A stretch of DNA of 64,000 nt from Candidatus Krumholzibacteriia bacterium (GCA_041484665.1 JBGPIA010000008.1:64001-128000); one strand, 5' to 3'. Shown: positions 37,590 to 47,063, counted from the first letter of the stretch. Translations and numbers: made by a program. Notes: a model not told the origin generated them from the sequence alone.

Positions 37590-40274
37590 CTACTTGGCCA
37601 GCAGGAGCTTCTTCTGCTGCGCGAACCCGCCGGCGGCCATCCGGTAGAAGTACAGCCCGCTGGCCATAGAGCGGCCGGCATCGTCTCGGCCGTCCCACAC
37701 CACCTGGTGGTAGCCGGCCGTCACGCTACCGTCGACCAGCGCGCGCACCACGCGGCCACGCACGTCGTAGATCTCCAAGCGCACGCGGCCGGCAGCCGGG
37801 ACGTCGTAACGGATGGTCGTGGAGGGATTGAATGGATTGGGGAAGTTCTGCGCGAGCGCGTACGCCGCTGGCAGCACGACCACCGGCGGCGCCGCGGTAG
37901 CGGACGACCGGACCTCGAACGCGCCCTCCACCATGGCGGTCTGGCCGTCGGGGTTCTCCACGACGACGGAGTAGGTGCCGGGGTAGGCGTGCAGCAGGTC
38001 GAACGCCGCGCCGACCACCGCGCGATCCTCCCACACGACGCGCGTGGCCCGCACCGGTGGGAACTCCGGCCGGACCAGGCGCACCGTTGACCCGTGCTGC
38101 ACCTCGGCCGCGCCCAGCAGCGTGACCAGCTGCTCGGCCGAGCCCTTGGCGGCCGAGTCGGGCGTGACGCCGGTGAACGCCGGAGCGGGATCGCCGGCCG
38201 TGAACGTTGCAAGGATGTTCTCCCCCGCCGCGTCGATGTTGCGGACGGCGATGATCGTGGGATGCCCGCTGTTGGAGACGCTGCTCGGGTTGCTCGCGGC
38301 ATCGAAGGTGACCTTTGCGCTGCTCCCCGGAAAGGCGTCGCCGCCGTCGCCGCGGTTGAGGCCGGTGAGCAGGCTGCGCAGCCCGTCGGCCTCCTCGATC
38401 ACCACGCCGCGCACGCTGTCGTTGCTCATGCCACCGGTGTTCTCGTTCCCCGAGTCGATGACCTCCTGGTCGACATGGTAGATCACCAGGCCCTTCCCGG
38501 GGACGAAGGCGTCGTAGCCCACCGCCTCGCGGTTCTCCACCAGCCAGCGCTCCGAGCGCGGATTGTCACGCTGCGTATCGGGCTGGTACCAGCCCTGCAG
38601 GTGCTGCTCGAAGTCCGCGGCGTAGCTCTCCCCACCGCCCTGCACGCGCAGGTCGTCGACAACGAAGGGGCTGCACGCGGCGGTGTAATGCCCGTCCTCG
38701 TTGGAGAAGTAGGCATCACTGATGAAGCGGAACTTGACGCGGTAGTCCGTGGGCGCGCTCCCCAAGAGCGGGGTGAGCACGATGCTCGCCGTGCCGGTGG
38801 CGGTGCCATCGTAGACCGCCACCGCCGACTCGTTGTCGCCGACGTCCACCAGGGCGAAGGCGTAATCGTAGAGCGCTTCGGTCTGGACGGCGTAGCGGTA
38901 CGACAGGCTCACCGGGCCGGCGCCGCTGAAGTGGAAATCGTGCGCCACGGTTTCGCGCCAGCCGTTGCCATAGCCCTTGCTCGCCGCCCAGCCACGCGCG
39001 GCGCTTTCGTCCTGGGTGAGCCCCACCGCCAACGACGCGGCCCCCGCCAGCGGACAGTCGGTGCGCCGCCGCCAGCGGTCGTCGGTGAAGCCGAGCTCGT
39101 AAACCACGGACGATTGCTCCACCGGCCTCACTTCGATCGGCGTACCGCGCCAGTCCACCGCCACGGTGTTGACCCACCCCAGCTCCCGCTTGCTCCACGC
39201 GCTCATGTGCGCGGGCGAGGAGGGCACGTTCCAATTGCCGCTAGCCATCAGGCACCAGTGGCCCAGTCCGGAGCTGCCGCCGTTGATGTCGTAGAGATCG
39301 GGCAGCCCGAAGGCGTGGCCGAACTCGTGGCAGAAGACGCCGATCTCGATGCGCTGGCTGGTGCCGACACAGGAGTAGGCCGGCTGGATGGTGTAGTCGT
39401 CGATGAGGATGTAGCCGCCATTCGCCGCAGCATCCTGCGTCTGGTAGGGGGCGCCGCCGCTGGCGTTCCAGGCGCGATACACCCAACGGTGCGACCAGAT
39501 GTTGCCGCTGCCGCCGCACTCGCCACCCTGCTCGGGGTGCACGAAGGCCACGAAGTCGACATAGCCATCGTCATCGCCGCTGTTGGGAATGCCGTCGGGC
39601 CCGTCGTTGTCGTACTGGCCGAAGTCGACCTGGGCGTCGTAGGCGTCCAGCGTGTGGCGGATCAGGTCGCCGACGTGGGCATTGGACGGGTTCGACCCGT
39701 AGGAGGAGCCCTCGTACCAGGTGTCATTCTGGGGGAGCTGGTGCCATCCGTAGACCTGGCCCACCGCGTGGACGCGGCCGCCGCTGATCTCCGTGTAGAA
39801 GTCGGTCAGCGTCCGCGGCGAGGCGCCGCCGCCGAACAGCTCCTGCTCGAGGTCTTGCGTGGGGTACGGGTCGGCCGGCGTGTTGGCGAACTTCACCATG
39901 AACACCGGGATGTGGAACGTGCCGCCGACGGCGGTGGCGACCGCTGTGACCGGGACCGCCGTCGACTGCGCCAGCGATCCCGGCGGCGCGGCCGAGCCCG
40001 ACTGCAGTGCCGGCGACGGGCGCTGCGCCGATCCCGCCTGCGGCGCCACGTCCACCTGCCCCAGGCGCGCGCGGGCCTGCGCGGCGCGCTGGGTCTTCTG
40101 GATCCAGGCGCGGCGCAGCTGGAAGGCGTCGGGATGCTCGCTCAGAAACGCCCGCAGCTGCGCGGGAACCTCAACGCCGGGCGCGGGTGGGCAGATCTGC
40201 CCAGCGGCTGGGGAAAGCGGCGCAACGGCAGCCATGGCGAGCAGGGCGCCGACAGGTAGGAGCGACCGTGGCAT
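37590..40274 (-). CDS. Secreted M6 (immune inhibitor A-like) metalloprotease with C-terminal FlgD-Ig-like domain
   Basis: Signal peptide; DFGQYDNDGPDG, IWSHRW, CHEFGHAFGLPDLYD, WCLMASG; C-terminal QNFPNPFNPST...WDGRDDAGRSMASGLYFY...KKLLLAK. Confidence 0.93.
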   Translation of the reverse strand: MPRSLLPVGALLAMAAVAPLSPAAGQICPPAPGVEVPAQLRAFLSEHPDAFQLRRAWIQKTQRAAQARARLGQVDVAPQAGSAQRPSPALQSGSAAPPGSLAQSTAVPVTAVATAVGGTFHIPVFMVKFANTPADPYPTQDLEQELFGGGASPRTLTDFYTEISGGRVHAVGQVYGWHQLPQNDTWYEGSSYGSNPSNAHVGDLIRHTLDAYDAQVDFGQYDNDGPDGIPNSGDDDGYVDFVAFVHPEQGGECGGSGNIWSHRWVYRAWNASGGAPYQTQDAAANGGYILIDDYTIQPAYSCVGTSQRIEIGVFCHEFGHAFGLPDLYDINGGSSGLGHWCLMASGNWNVPSSPAHMSAWSKRELGWVNTVAVDWRGTPIEVRPVEQSSVVYELGFTDDRWRRRTDCPLAGAASLAVGLTQDESAARGWAASKGYGNGWRETVAHDFHFSGAGPVSLSYRYAVQTEALYDYAFALVDVGDNESAVAVYDGTATGTASIVLTPLLGSAPTDYRVKFRFISDAYFSNEDGHYTAACSPFVVDDLRVQGGGESYAADFEQHLQGWYQPDTQRDNPRSERWLVENREAVGYDAFVPGKGLVIYHVDQEVIDSGNENTGGMSNDSVRGVVIEEADGLRSLLTGLNRGDGGDAFPGSSAKVTFDAASNPSSVSNSGHPTIIAVRNIDAAGENILATFTAGDPAPAFTGVTPDSAAKGSAEQLVTLLGAAEVQHGSTVRLVRPEFPPVRATRVVWEDRAVVGAAFDLLHAYPGTYSVVVENPDGQTAMVEGAFEVRSSATAAPPVVVLPAAYALAQNFPNPFNPSTTIRYDVPAAGRVRLEIYDVRGRVVRALVDGSVTAGYHQVVWDGRDDAGRSMASGLYFYRMAAGGFAQQKKLLLAK

Positions 40275-40363
40275 GGAATCTCCGGGAAGGGGACGAAGCC
40301 GCACTTCGGCAGGCCGCGGCCGGTGAATACCCTTCTCGCAGGAGGTACGCCAATGGTACCGGG

Positions 40364-41755
40364 TCAGAATTCCACGCGCAACGCGAGATTGGCCAGGGTG
40401 AGGCGGTTGTCGTCCTGCGCGCGCGCGTGCGACTCGGGCTCGTCGCTCACGAACGCGTGGAGCGATACCTGGGGCCGCAGCTGGACGGATCCCACGAGCG
40501 TGCTGCGCAGGAACGTGTAGTCACTGTAGATGCTCAGCTCGTCGCCGCTGTGACCGTAGAAGCGGCGTCCCACCTCCTGGGACACGCTGACCCAGACGTG
40601 GCCGGCCGAGAACCACTCCACTTGCAACAGCACGCTGGGCTCCCGGTACTTCTCCTCGACGCTGCGGGGGGAGGCCAGCCACGTCCAGCGCGGCTCGACG
40701 CCGACGCGCAGCGCGCCGCCGGCGTGGGTGGCGCGCACTCCCACCCGCCCCGCCCACAGGTCGTAGTAGACCTGCGCCGTGTCCTCCACATCGTAGAAGA
40801 GGGCCTGGTGCGAGGTCCGCAGCTCGAGCTCCCAGCGTGGTGAGAGGTCGGCGCGCAGCACGGGCTCCACGATCGCATCCCAGAATGGGCTGCGCGCGCG
40901 GGGATTCTGGTAGACCCGGCGCTCGACGCGGCCGGGCAGATCGAGCCGCCAACGCTCGGAGAGCTGCAGCGACACGTCGGCGGTGGCCCAGCCTCGCTGG
41001 TAGCTGATCGCCGACGAGTCGGGCACGTCGCGGAAGCCGCCACCGCTCTCGAGATCGGCGGCCACGCGATCGGTGTGCGCAGCGGCGGTGAGGCTGAAGT
41101 CCATGCGCGTCTGGTCCTGCTCGAACGTCGAGCGACGCCGGAAGTTGGTGGCGTCCAGCCGCTCCCTCACTCCCACCTCCCAGCGCGTGCTGACCTCGCG
41201 GCGCAGCTGGGCCTGCTGCTGGATGCGTCCGTAGTTGCTGCTGAGGCTGAAGTCGCTGTCAGCGCGGAACTGCCGGCCTTCCACATCGAGGCTGAGGTCG
41301 GCGCGCGTGGGCCGCTCGACCGGCCGCCAGCGATACTGCAGGGCCAAGCTCTCGCGGTAGAGGTCGGTGCCTGCGGAGAGTCGCGTCCGAGCCTGCCAGC
41401 GGTGCTGCCGGCCGGTCCCCGCCAGCGAGAGCTCCAGCTGTGCGCGGGCCTCGGTGAAGACGTCGGTGGTGTCGCGTAGCGCGGAGTTGCTCCCGATCAG
41501 GTCGCCGGGAGTGGTCCCCTCCAACAACAGCTCGTCGGTGAGGGTGAACGACTGGAAGAAGCTGTCGAAGCCCAGCTCCAGCGCCGCGCCGGGGTCGAGG
41601 CCCGAGGCGAGCACGCAGGGGGCGAGCGCCGCCAACGCAAGCAGCGCCAGCGCCGCGGTCGGCCCGGCAGCAGCCGGCCCGGCCGCGCGGCATTGGGCGC
41701 GCAGGCGGGTGCGGAAGGTGGAGGACAGGTCGGCTCGGGGCCGGTTCGGGTGCAC
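40364..41755 (-). CDS. Hypothetical outer-membrane beta-barrel protein
   Basis: Signal peptide AALALLALAALAPCVLA; alternating amphipathic strands rich in R/Y/W; C-terminal ...ANLALRVEF fits a BAM beta-signal. Start uncertain (41755 or 41851). Confidence 0.7.
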   Translation of the reverse strand: MHPNRPRADLSSTFRTRLRAQCRAAGPAAAGPTAALALLALAALAPCVLASGLDPGAALELGFDSFFQSFTLTDELLLEGTTPGDLIGSNSALRDTTDVFTEARAQLELSLAGTGRQHRWQARTRLSAGTDLYRESLALQYRWRPVERPTRADLSLDVEGRQFRADSDFSLSSNYGRIQQQAQLRREVSTRWEVGVRERLDATNFRRRSTFEQDQTRMDFSLTAAAHTDRVAADLESGGGFRDVPDSSAISYQRGWATADVSLQLSERWRLDLPGRVERRVYQNPRARSPFWDAIVEPVLRADLSPRWELELRTSHQALFYDVEDTAQVYYDLWAGRVGVRATHAGGALRVGVEPRWTWLASPRSVEEKYREPSVLLQVEWFSAGHVWVSVSQEVGRRFYGHSGDELSIYSDYTFLRSTLVGSVQLRPQVSLHAFVSDEPESHARAQDDNRLTLANLALRVEF

Positions 41756-41816
41756 GGGGCGGCGCGCGGGCCCCCGTGCGCGTCCCTCGGGTTTGGGTTG
41801 CGCGCGGCGCGGCGCC

Positions 41817-42932
41817 TCAGCGCCGCAGCTCCTCCAGCCGGCGCGCGGCACGGCCCAGCAGGTCCAGCCCTACGCGCAGCTGGGCCAGCGCGCTGTCGTA
41901 GCTGCTGCGCGCCAGCTCGGCCTGCGCGCGGCCGCGTGCCTCGAGCGCCTGCTGGATCACAGCCCCCACCTCCTGCGGAAGCTCGGGCTCGCCGGCGGTG
42001 CGCAGCTGCTCGAGCTTGGCGTCGAAGCGGTCCATGGCCTGGCGCACGTCGCTCTCGGTGACCTGGCCGCCGAGCGCGTCGAGCAGATCGCGGACGATGC
42101 CGCGGCTCTGCAGCGTGAGCCGCAGGGCCATGAACGGATGCTCCGTGCGCAGCGCGTCCTCCGAGCGGTCCTGCAGGCGCAGCGCCTGGTGCAGGCGCTG
42201 GCGCTGCGAGTCGGAAATCGCTTCCTCGCGCTGCTGCGCGCGGTCGAGCAGGTCGCGGGTGCGGCGCAGCTCCTGCTCGAGACGCTCGTGTCCGTAGGCC
42301 CCCGGCTCGCGGTCGCCGGCGAGGCCGCGCAGGATGGCGTTCGCCGAATCGGCCAGCCGCAGAGCCACCTCGAAGCTCTGATCGTGGAACTGGCGCTCGG
42401 CGGAGTCCAGCAGTCGCGCCGCCTCGTCCAGCAGGCGCCGCTGCTGCGCGTCGCCCTCCTGCGCCAGCGCGTCGGTGAGCTCGTCGTACACGCGCCGGCC
42501 GCGCTCGATCTGCAGCCGGGAGCGCTCTTCCAGCGTGCTCTGCTCGCGCAGCACCCGCTCGGCCTGCCGGCCGAGGTCGCGGGCGCGCTGCGTGTTCGCC
42601 AGGACCCGCTGGCCCATGTCGCGCCGGGCGGCCAGGCCGAGGTTGTCGATGCTGGCGCTCAGCTGGTCGAACATCTCGCGGGCGAGTTTCTGCAGCCGCA
42701 CCGCATCGTCGAAGAGGCTCTGGGCCTTGGGACGATTGGACTCGGTCACCATGGAGCCGACGCGCTCCAGGACGTCATCGGTGCGGTCCAGCTGGTTCTG
42801 GAGCAGCTCGAGCAACTCCGAGCCGGCGGCCGCGCGGATCGGCGGTTGTGCCGCGGCGGGGGGGGCCAGGCCCAGGTTGACGGCGCACGCCAGCAGCGCC
42901 ACTGCAACCGGATGCCTCAACGATGCGCCCAT
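41817..42932 (-). CDS. Exported all-alpha repeat protein (4 x ~80-aa helical repeats), function unknown
   Basis: AGGAGG RBS, signal peptide, four alignable repeats. Confidence 0.8.
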   Translation of the reverse strand: MGASLRHPVAVALLACAVNLGLAPPAAAQPPIRAAAGSELLELLQNQLDRTDDVLERVGSMVTESNRPKAQSLFDDAVRLQKLAREMFDQLSASIDNLGLAARRDMGQRVLANTQRARDLGRQAERVLREQSTLEERSRLQIERGRRVYDELTDALAQEGDAQQRRLLDEAARLLDSAERQFHDQSFEVALRLADSANAILRGLAGDREPGAYGHERLEQELRRTRDLLDRAQQREEAISDSQRQRLHQALRLQDRSEDALRTEHPFMALRLTLQSRGIVRDLLDALGGQVTESDVRQAMDRFDAKLEQLRTAGEPELPQEVGAVIQQALEARGRAQAELARSSYDSALAQLRVGLDLLGRAARRLEELRR

Positions 42933-43004
42933 GGCTCAGCCTCCTGCAGCAGCCCCCGCCTGCGCCGGGAGCGACCCATCCCCCCGTCTCCACGCGCAGG
43001 AGCC

Positions 43005-43020
43005 TGCATGGCCCGTTCCG
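43005..43020 (-). promoter_or_regulatory. Putative sigma54 (-24/-12) promoter
   Basis: Minus strand CGGAACG-GGCC-ATGCA has exact GG-N10-GC spacing and 3 mismatches to TGGCACG-N4-TTGCA. Confidence 0.6.
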
Positions 43021-43050
43021 TGCGAACAGTGGTTGCCGTCGGCCGGATCA

Positions 43051-43098
43051 CACTATCGTAAGTATCGTATTTACAATTAATTGCAACCATATGTGCAA
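43051..43098. promoter_or_regulatory. AT-rich IHF-like bending site plus TTGCA-N8-TGCAA palindrome
   Basis: cgtaagtatcgtatttacaattaattgca is the most AT-rich patch seen in the window; ttgcaaccatatgtgcaa at 43081-43098. Confidence 0.55.
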
Positions 43099-43138
43099 GC
43101 GATCCCTGATGCGGAGCGCGCAGCGCCCGCTGGCGGGC

Positions 43139-43173
43139 TGTACGCGCGGGGACAGGCTGTCCCCCCAGGGGCG
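43139..43173. promoter_or_regulatory. Putative tandem enhancer (UAS) for a sigma54 activator
   Basis: TGTACG-N4-GGGACA (TGT-N10-ACA) at 43139-54 and TGTCCC-N4-GGGGCG at 43158-73. Confidence 0.5.
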
Positions 43174-43214
43174 CGCGAGGAGCGGCCGCCGCGCGACGCC
43201 GCCTTGCCTCTGCG

Positions 43215-44561
43215 TCAGGCCGGGGTCTCATCGAGTGGAAGCCCCAGCCGCTCCATACGGCTGTACAGCGCGCGGCGCGTCAGTCCCAGGTGCTGGGCCG
43301 CACGGGTTTTGTTGCCGGCGCTGCGCTTGAGCGCGATGCCGATCAGGCGCTTCTCGTGCTCGTCCAGATTCAGGCTGGCCGGCTCGCGCCCGCCCAGCTC
43401 CTCGCCCGCGGCGGCGCTGGGCAGGAGGATGTGCGCGAGCCCGACCGGGTCGGATCCGGCCAGGATGTGCGCCCGCTCGACGATGTTGCGCAGCTCGCGC
43501 ACGTTTCCCGGCCAGGGGTAGGCGCGCAGCCGCGCGATCACCGCCGGATCGACGGCCGCCGGATCGCGCCCCAGCTCGCCCATGAAGTGGGCGACCAGGA
43601 GCTGCAGGTCCTCGAGCCGGTCGCGCAGCGGCGGCAGATCCAGGGGGAAGACGTTGAACCGGTAGAAGAGATCCTCGCGGAAGCGCCCGTCGGCGATGCG
43701 CTGCTCGAGGTTCTGGTGCGTCGCCACCAGGATGCGCACGTCCACCGCCACTTCGCGGTGGCCCCCCACCGGGATGAAGGTGCGCCCCTCCAGCGCGCGC
43801 AACAGCTTGACCTGCACCGCCGCGTTGGCCTCCGCGATCTCGTCGAGGAAGATCGTGCCGGTGTGCGCCATCTCGAACAGCCCGGCCTTGTCTTTGTCGG
43901 CCCCGGTGAAGGCGCCCTTCACGTAACCGAACAGCTCGCTCTCCAGGAGCGTCTCGGGGATGGCGGCGCAGTTGACGGCGACGAACGGCCGGTCGGCCCG
44001 CTTGCTGCCGCGATGGATGGCCTTGGCCGTGAGCTCCTTGCCCGTGCCGCTCTCGCCGCGGATCAGCACGGTGGCGTCGGTGGGCGCAACGCGGGAGATC
44101 AGCGCGTGGACGCGGCCCATCGCCGGGCTTTGGCCGCGGATCTCCCAGCGCGCGACGTGACGGTCGTGCATCTGGCGCCAGCGGCTGTTCTCGTCCTGCA
44201 GGTCGCGCTCCTTGCCCACGCGCTGCGCCAGCAACTGCACCTCGTCGAGCTCGAGGGGCTTCTGCAGGTAGTCGTATGCGCCGGCCTTCATGGCGTCCAC
44301 CGCCTCCTTCACGCCGCCATGACCGGTCATCATGACCACGTGTGTGCGCGGGTGTTCGTCGCGCACGTGACGCAGCAGCGTGAGCCCGTCCATGGGGACC
44401 ATTCTGAGATCGGTGAACACGAGGTCGGCGGGCTCCTTCACCAGCTGATCGAGCGCCTGCTGTCCGCTGTGAGCGGCGCGCACCGTGTGGCCCTTGCGCT
44501 TGAGCGACTCGGCCAGCAGCACGCACATCTTGGGCTCGTCATCCACCACCAGGATCCTCAC
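43215..44561 (-). CDS. sigma54-dependent response regulator (NtrC/ZraR family)
   Basis: Receiver ILVVDDE...TDLRM; GESGTGKE, ESELFG, intact GAFTGA, FLDEI, FREDLFYR, WPGNVREL; Fis-type HTH. GTG 44561 follows AAGGAG. Confidence 0.96.
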   Translation of the reverse strand: MRILVVDDEPKMCVLLAESLKRKGHTVRAAHSGQQALDQLVKEPADLVFTDLRMVPMDGLTLLRHVRDEHPRTHVVMMTGHGGVKEAVDAMKAGAYDYLQKPLELDEVQLLAQRVGKERDLQDENSRWRQMHDRHVARWEIRGQSPAMGRVHALISRVAPTDATVLIRGESGTGKELTAKAIHRGSKRADRPFVAVNCAAIPETLLESELFGYVKGAFTGADKDKAGLFEMAHTGTIFLDEIAEANAAVQVKLLRALEGRTFIPVGGHREVAVDVRILVATHQNLEQRIADGRFREDLFYRFNVFPLDLPPLRDRLEDLQLLVAHFMGELGRDPAAVDPAVIARLRAYPWPGNVRELRNIVERAHILAGSDPVGLAHILLPSAAAGEELGGREPASLNLDEHEKRLIGIALKRSAGNKTRAAQHLGLTRRALYSRMERLGLPLDETPA

Positions 44562-44605
44562 CGCAGTCTCCTTCGGGTCGCGCTCGGGTCGCGCTCGGCT
44601 CGCCT

Positions 44606-46075
44606 TCAGGCCACCGCGGGGCCGCCGGGCGTGGCTGGGGCGGCGGGCGGAGGTCCCGCCGCGCTCTGCTCGGACAGCGGGAGCACGAGGGTCACGGTCG
44701 CCCCCGCACCCGGGCGGCCGTCGATCTCGATGCGACCCCCGTGGTCCTCCACGATCTGGCGGGCGATGCTCAGCCCCAACCCGCTCCCCTTCTCCTTGGT
44801 CGTCACGAACGGCTCGAACAACCGGCCGCGCTGGGCGGGGTCGATGCCGACCCCGGTGTCCGCCACCTCCACGGTGATCGCGCGTCCAAAGGGTCGCAGC
44901 GTCAGGCGCAGCTCCCCGCCGTCGGGCATGGCCTGGATCGCATTGAGGAAGAGATTGAGGAACACCTGCTGCAGCCGCCGCGGATCGGCCGTGAGGCGAA
45001 CCTGCTCCACCTCCAGGAGATTGTCCAGCACCCGCACCCGGGCGGCCTGGAAATCGGGCGTCATGATCTGCAGGATGCGCCGCACGAGCTGCACGAGTTC
45101 CAGCGGTACCGGACGCGGCGGAGCCTGCTTGGCGAAGTCGAGGTAACCGGTGAGGATGTCGTTGAGCCGGTCGACCTCCTCGGGGATGAATTCCAGCAGC
45201 TGCGCCTGGGCCGTCCCGTCGGCCAGCTCGCCGCGCAACAGCTGCGCCGTGTTCTTGATGATCCCCAGGGGATTGCGGATCTCGTGGGCGATCCCGGCCG
45301 CCATCCGCCCCATGGCCGAGAGACTCTCGCTGCGCAGCAGCGCGGCCCGCGTGCGGGCCAGCCGCAGCTGATAGCCGATCGTAATGGTGGTGAGCACGGC
45401 CACCAGCAGCACCAGCATCGCCCCCACCGCCCACAGCCGCTGACGCAGCTTGCCCAGCGCCTGGAAGAAGTCGGCGCTGGCCTCCACGCCGGTGAAGCCG
45501 CTCACATCGCCGTACGCATCGAAGACCGGCGCATAGGCGGCTTTGAGCCAGGTGCCGCCGATGCGCACAAGCTGCGTGACGCTGGCCGTGCCGGCACGCG
45601 CCTGCTCCACCGCGCCGAGGTCGAGCTTGAGGAAGGGGTCCTGGGTCTCGCGGGACAGCGAGTGGCTGGTGTCGACGATCGGCCGGCCATCCAGAGCGTA
45701 GATCGCTACGCGCGAGAGCGCGTTGTCCGCAACCACGCGTGAGAGCTGGGTCTCCAGCAACAGCGCGTTCACCGGCACGCTGGCCGCCAGGTCCCAGGAC
45801 AACAGCGAGTCACCCTCGACGGTGGCGGCCGCGGCGACGGCAATGTTGCGCAGTCGGATCCCCAGCTCCTGGTCGAGATAATGCTGCGCGTAGGCGTGGA
45901 CCCGCCAGAGTCCCAGCAGAAAGGCCGCCGTCAAGAGCGCTGCCAGCAGCAAGACGCCCAGCCACTGGCGGCGCGGCAGAGCGCCCGAGGGATGGTGGAC
46001 GCGGCCGTGCGCGAGGGGGCGCGCGGGCTCGCCCGCCAGCGGCCGCGCGGCGTCGTCCGCGCCGGCGCTAGCCAA
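44606..46075 (-). CDS. Membrane sensor histidine kinase
   Basis: Two TM helices around a periplasmic domain; AHEIRNPL, NLFLNAIQA, DTGVGI, FEPFVTTK, GSGLGL. Start uncertain (TTG 46075 overlaps the lipA stop). Confidence 0.93.
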   Translation of the reverse strand: MASAGADDAARPLAGEPARPLAHGRVHHPSGALPRRQWLGVLLLAALLTAAFLLGLWRVHAYAQHYLDQELGIRLRNIAVAAAATVEGDSLLSWDLAASVPVNALLLETQLSRVVADNALSRVAIYALDGRPIVDTSHSLSRETQDPFLKLDLGAVEQARAGTASVTQLVRIGGTWLKAAYAPVFDAYGDVSGFTGVEASADFFQALGKLRQRLWAVGAMLVLLVAVLTTITIGYQLRLARTRAALLRSESLSAMGRMAAGIAHEIRNPLGIIKNTAQLLRGELADGTAQAQLLEFIPEEVDRLNDILTGYLDFAKQAPPRPVPLELVQLVRRILQIMTPDFQAARVRVLDNLLEVEQVRLTADPRRLQQVFLNLFLNAIQAMPDGGELRLTLRPFGRAITVEVADTGVGIDPAQRGRLFEPFVTTKEKGSGLGLSIARQIVEDHGGRIEIDGRPGAGATVTLVLPLSEQSAAGPPPAAPATPGGPAVA

Positions 46076-47063
46076 GCGACTCCGCTTGCTGGGCGGCGTG
46101 GTAGGAGCTGCGCACGAGCGGCCCGGACTCCACGTGGGGGATGCCCAGAGCCCTGCCTTGCCGGCCAAGCTCGGCGAACTCGTCCGGGGTGTAGAAGCGC
46201 TCGACGCGATGGTGCGCCGCCGACGGCTGCAGGTACTGTCCGATGGTCAGGATGTCGACGCCGACCTCCCGCACGTCGGCCAGCAGCGCCGTCAATTCGT
46301 CGGGCTCCTCGCCCAGGCCGACCATCAAGCCCGTCTTGATCGCCATGCGCGCCGGGGCGCCACCCGCCGCGGGCGCGCGTTCCGCGTCTAGAGCAGCCCC
46401 TGCGGCGAGCGCGCCGCCGGCCGCGGCGGTGGCGCAGGCGCGGCGCAGGATGCCCAGGGAATGGGCGTAGCTGCTGCGCGGGCGCACGCCCGGGTAGAGG
46501 CGCTGCACGGTCTCCAGGTTGTGCGCGAGCACGTCGGGCCCGGCGGCCATCACCCGCTCCAGAGCCCCCGCCTTGCCGGCGAAGTCGGGAACGAGCAGCT
46601 CGATGCGCGTGCCGGGACACCCGGCGCGGATGCGCTCCACGCTCTGGACGAAGATCGAGGCGCCGCCGTCGGGCAGATCGTCGCGATCGACCGAGGTGAT
46701 CACCGCGTGGCGCAACGAGAGCGTCGCCACCGCCTCGGCGAGGCGCCGCGGCTCGTCTTGGTCGACGCGTCCGCTCCAGCCGTAGCCGACGTTGCAAAAG
46801 GTGCAGCGGCGCGTGCAGCGGTCGCCCAGGATGAGGAAGGTGGCCGTGCGCGCGTTCCAGCACTCGGCCTGGTTGGGGCAGCGCGCCTCGGCGCAGATGG
46901 TGTGCAGGTCGTGGTCGCGCACCAGCCGGCGCAGGGCGATGTAGTCCTGCCCGCTGCGGGGCGCCATGGTCAGCCAGCCCGGCTTGCGCACGCGCGGCTC
47001 GCCCATGACGTGGCGGGTCCGCGAGCGCACCGGGAGGGCGCCGCCGCGCTCGTCGGCGCTCAC
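46068..47063 (-). CDS. lipA: Lipoyl synthase
   Basis: RKPGWL, CAEARCPNQAEC, CTRRCTFC, TSVDRDDLPDGGA, HNLETV, RSSYHA. Start is 47063 or 47006. Confidence 0.97.
   Translation of the reverse strand: MSADERGGALPVRSRTRHVMGEPRVRKPGWLTMAPRSGQDYIALRRLVRDHDLHTICAEARCPNQAECWNARTATFLILGDRCTRRCTFCNVGYGWSGRVDQDEPRRLAEAVATLSLRHAVITSVDRDDLPDGGASIFVQSVERIRAGCPGTRIELLVPDFAGKAGALERVMAAGPDVLAHNLETVQRLYPGVRPRSSYAHSLGILRRACATAAAGGALAAGAALDAERAPAAGGAPARMAIKTGLMVGLGEEPDELTALLADVREVGVDILTIGQYLQPSAAHHRVERFYTPDEFAELGRQGRALGIPHVESGPLVRSSYHAAQQAESLG

Noticed and set aside
37590..40363. M6 protease as a certain member of the sigma54 operon
   Set aside because: The 89-bp gap contains a possible own promoter (TTGGCG-N18-TATTCA), so co-regulation is unsupported
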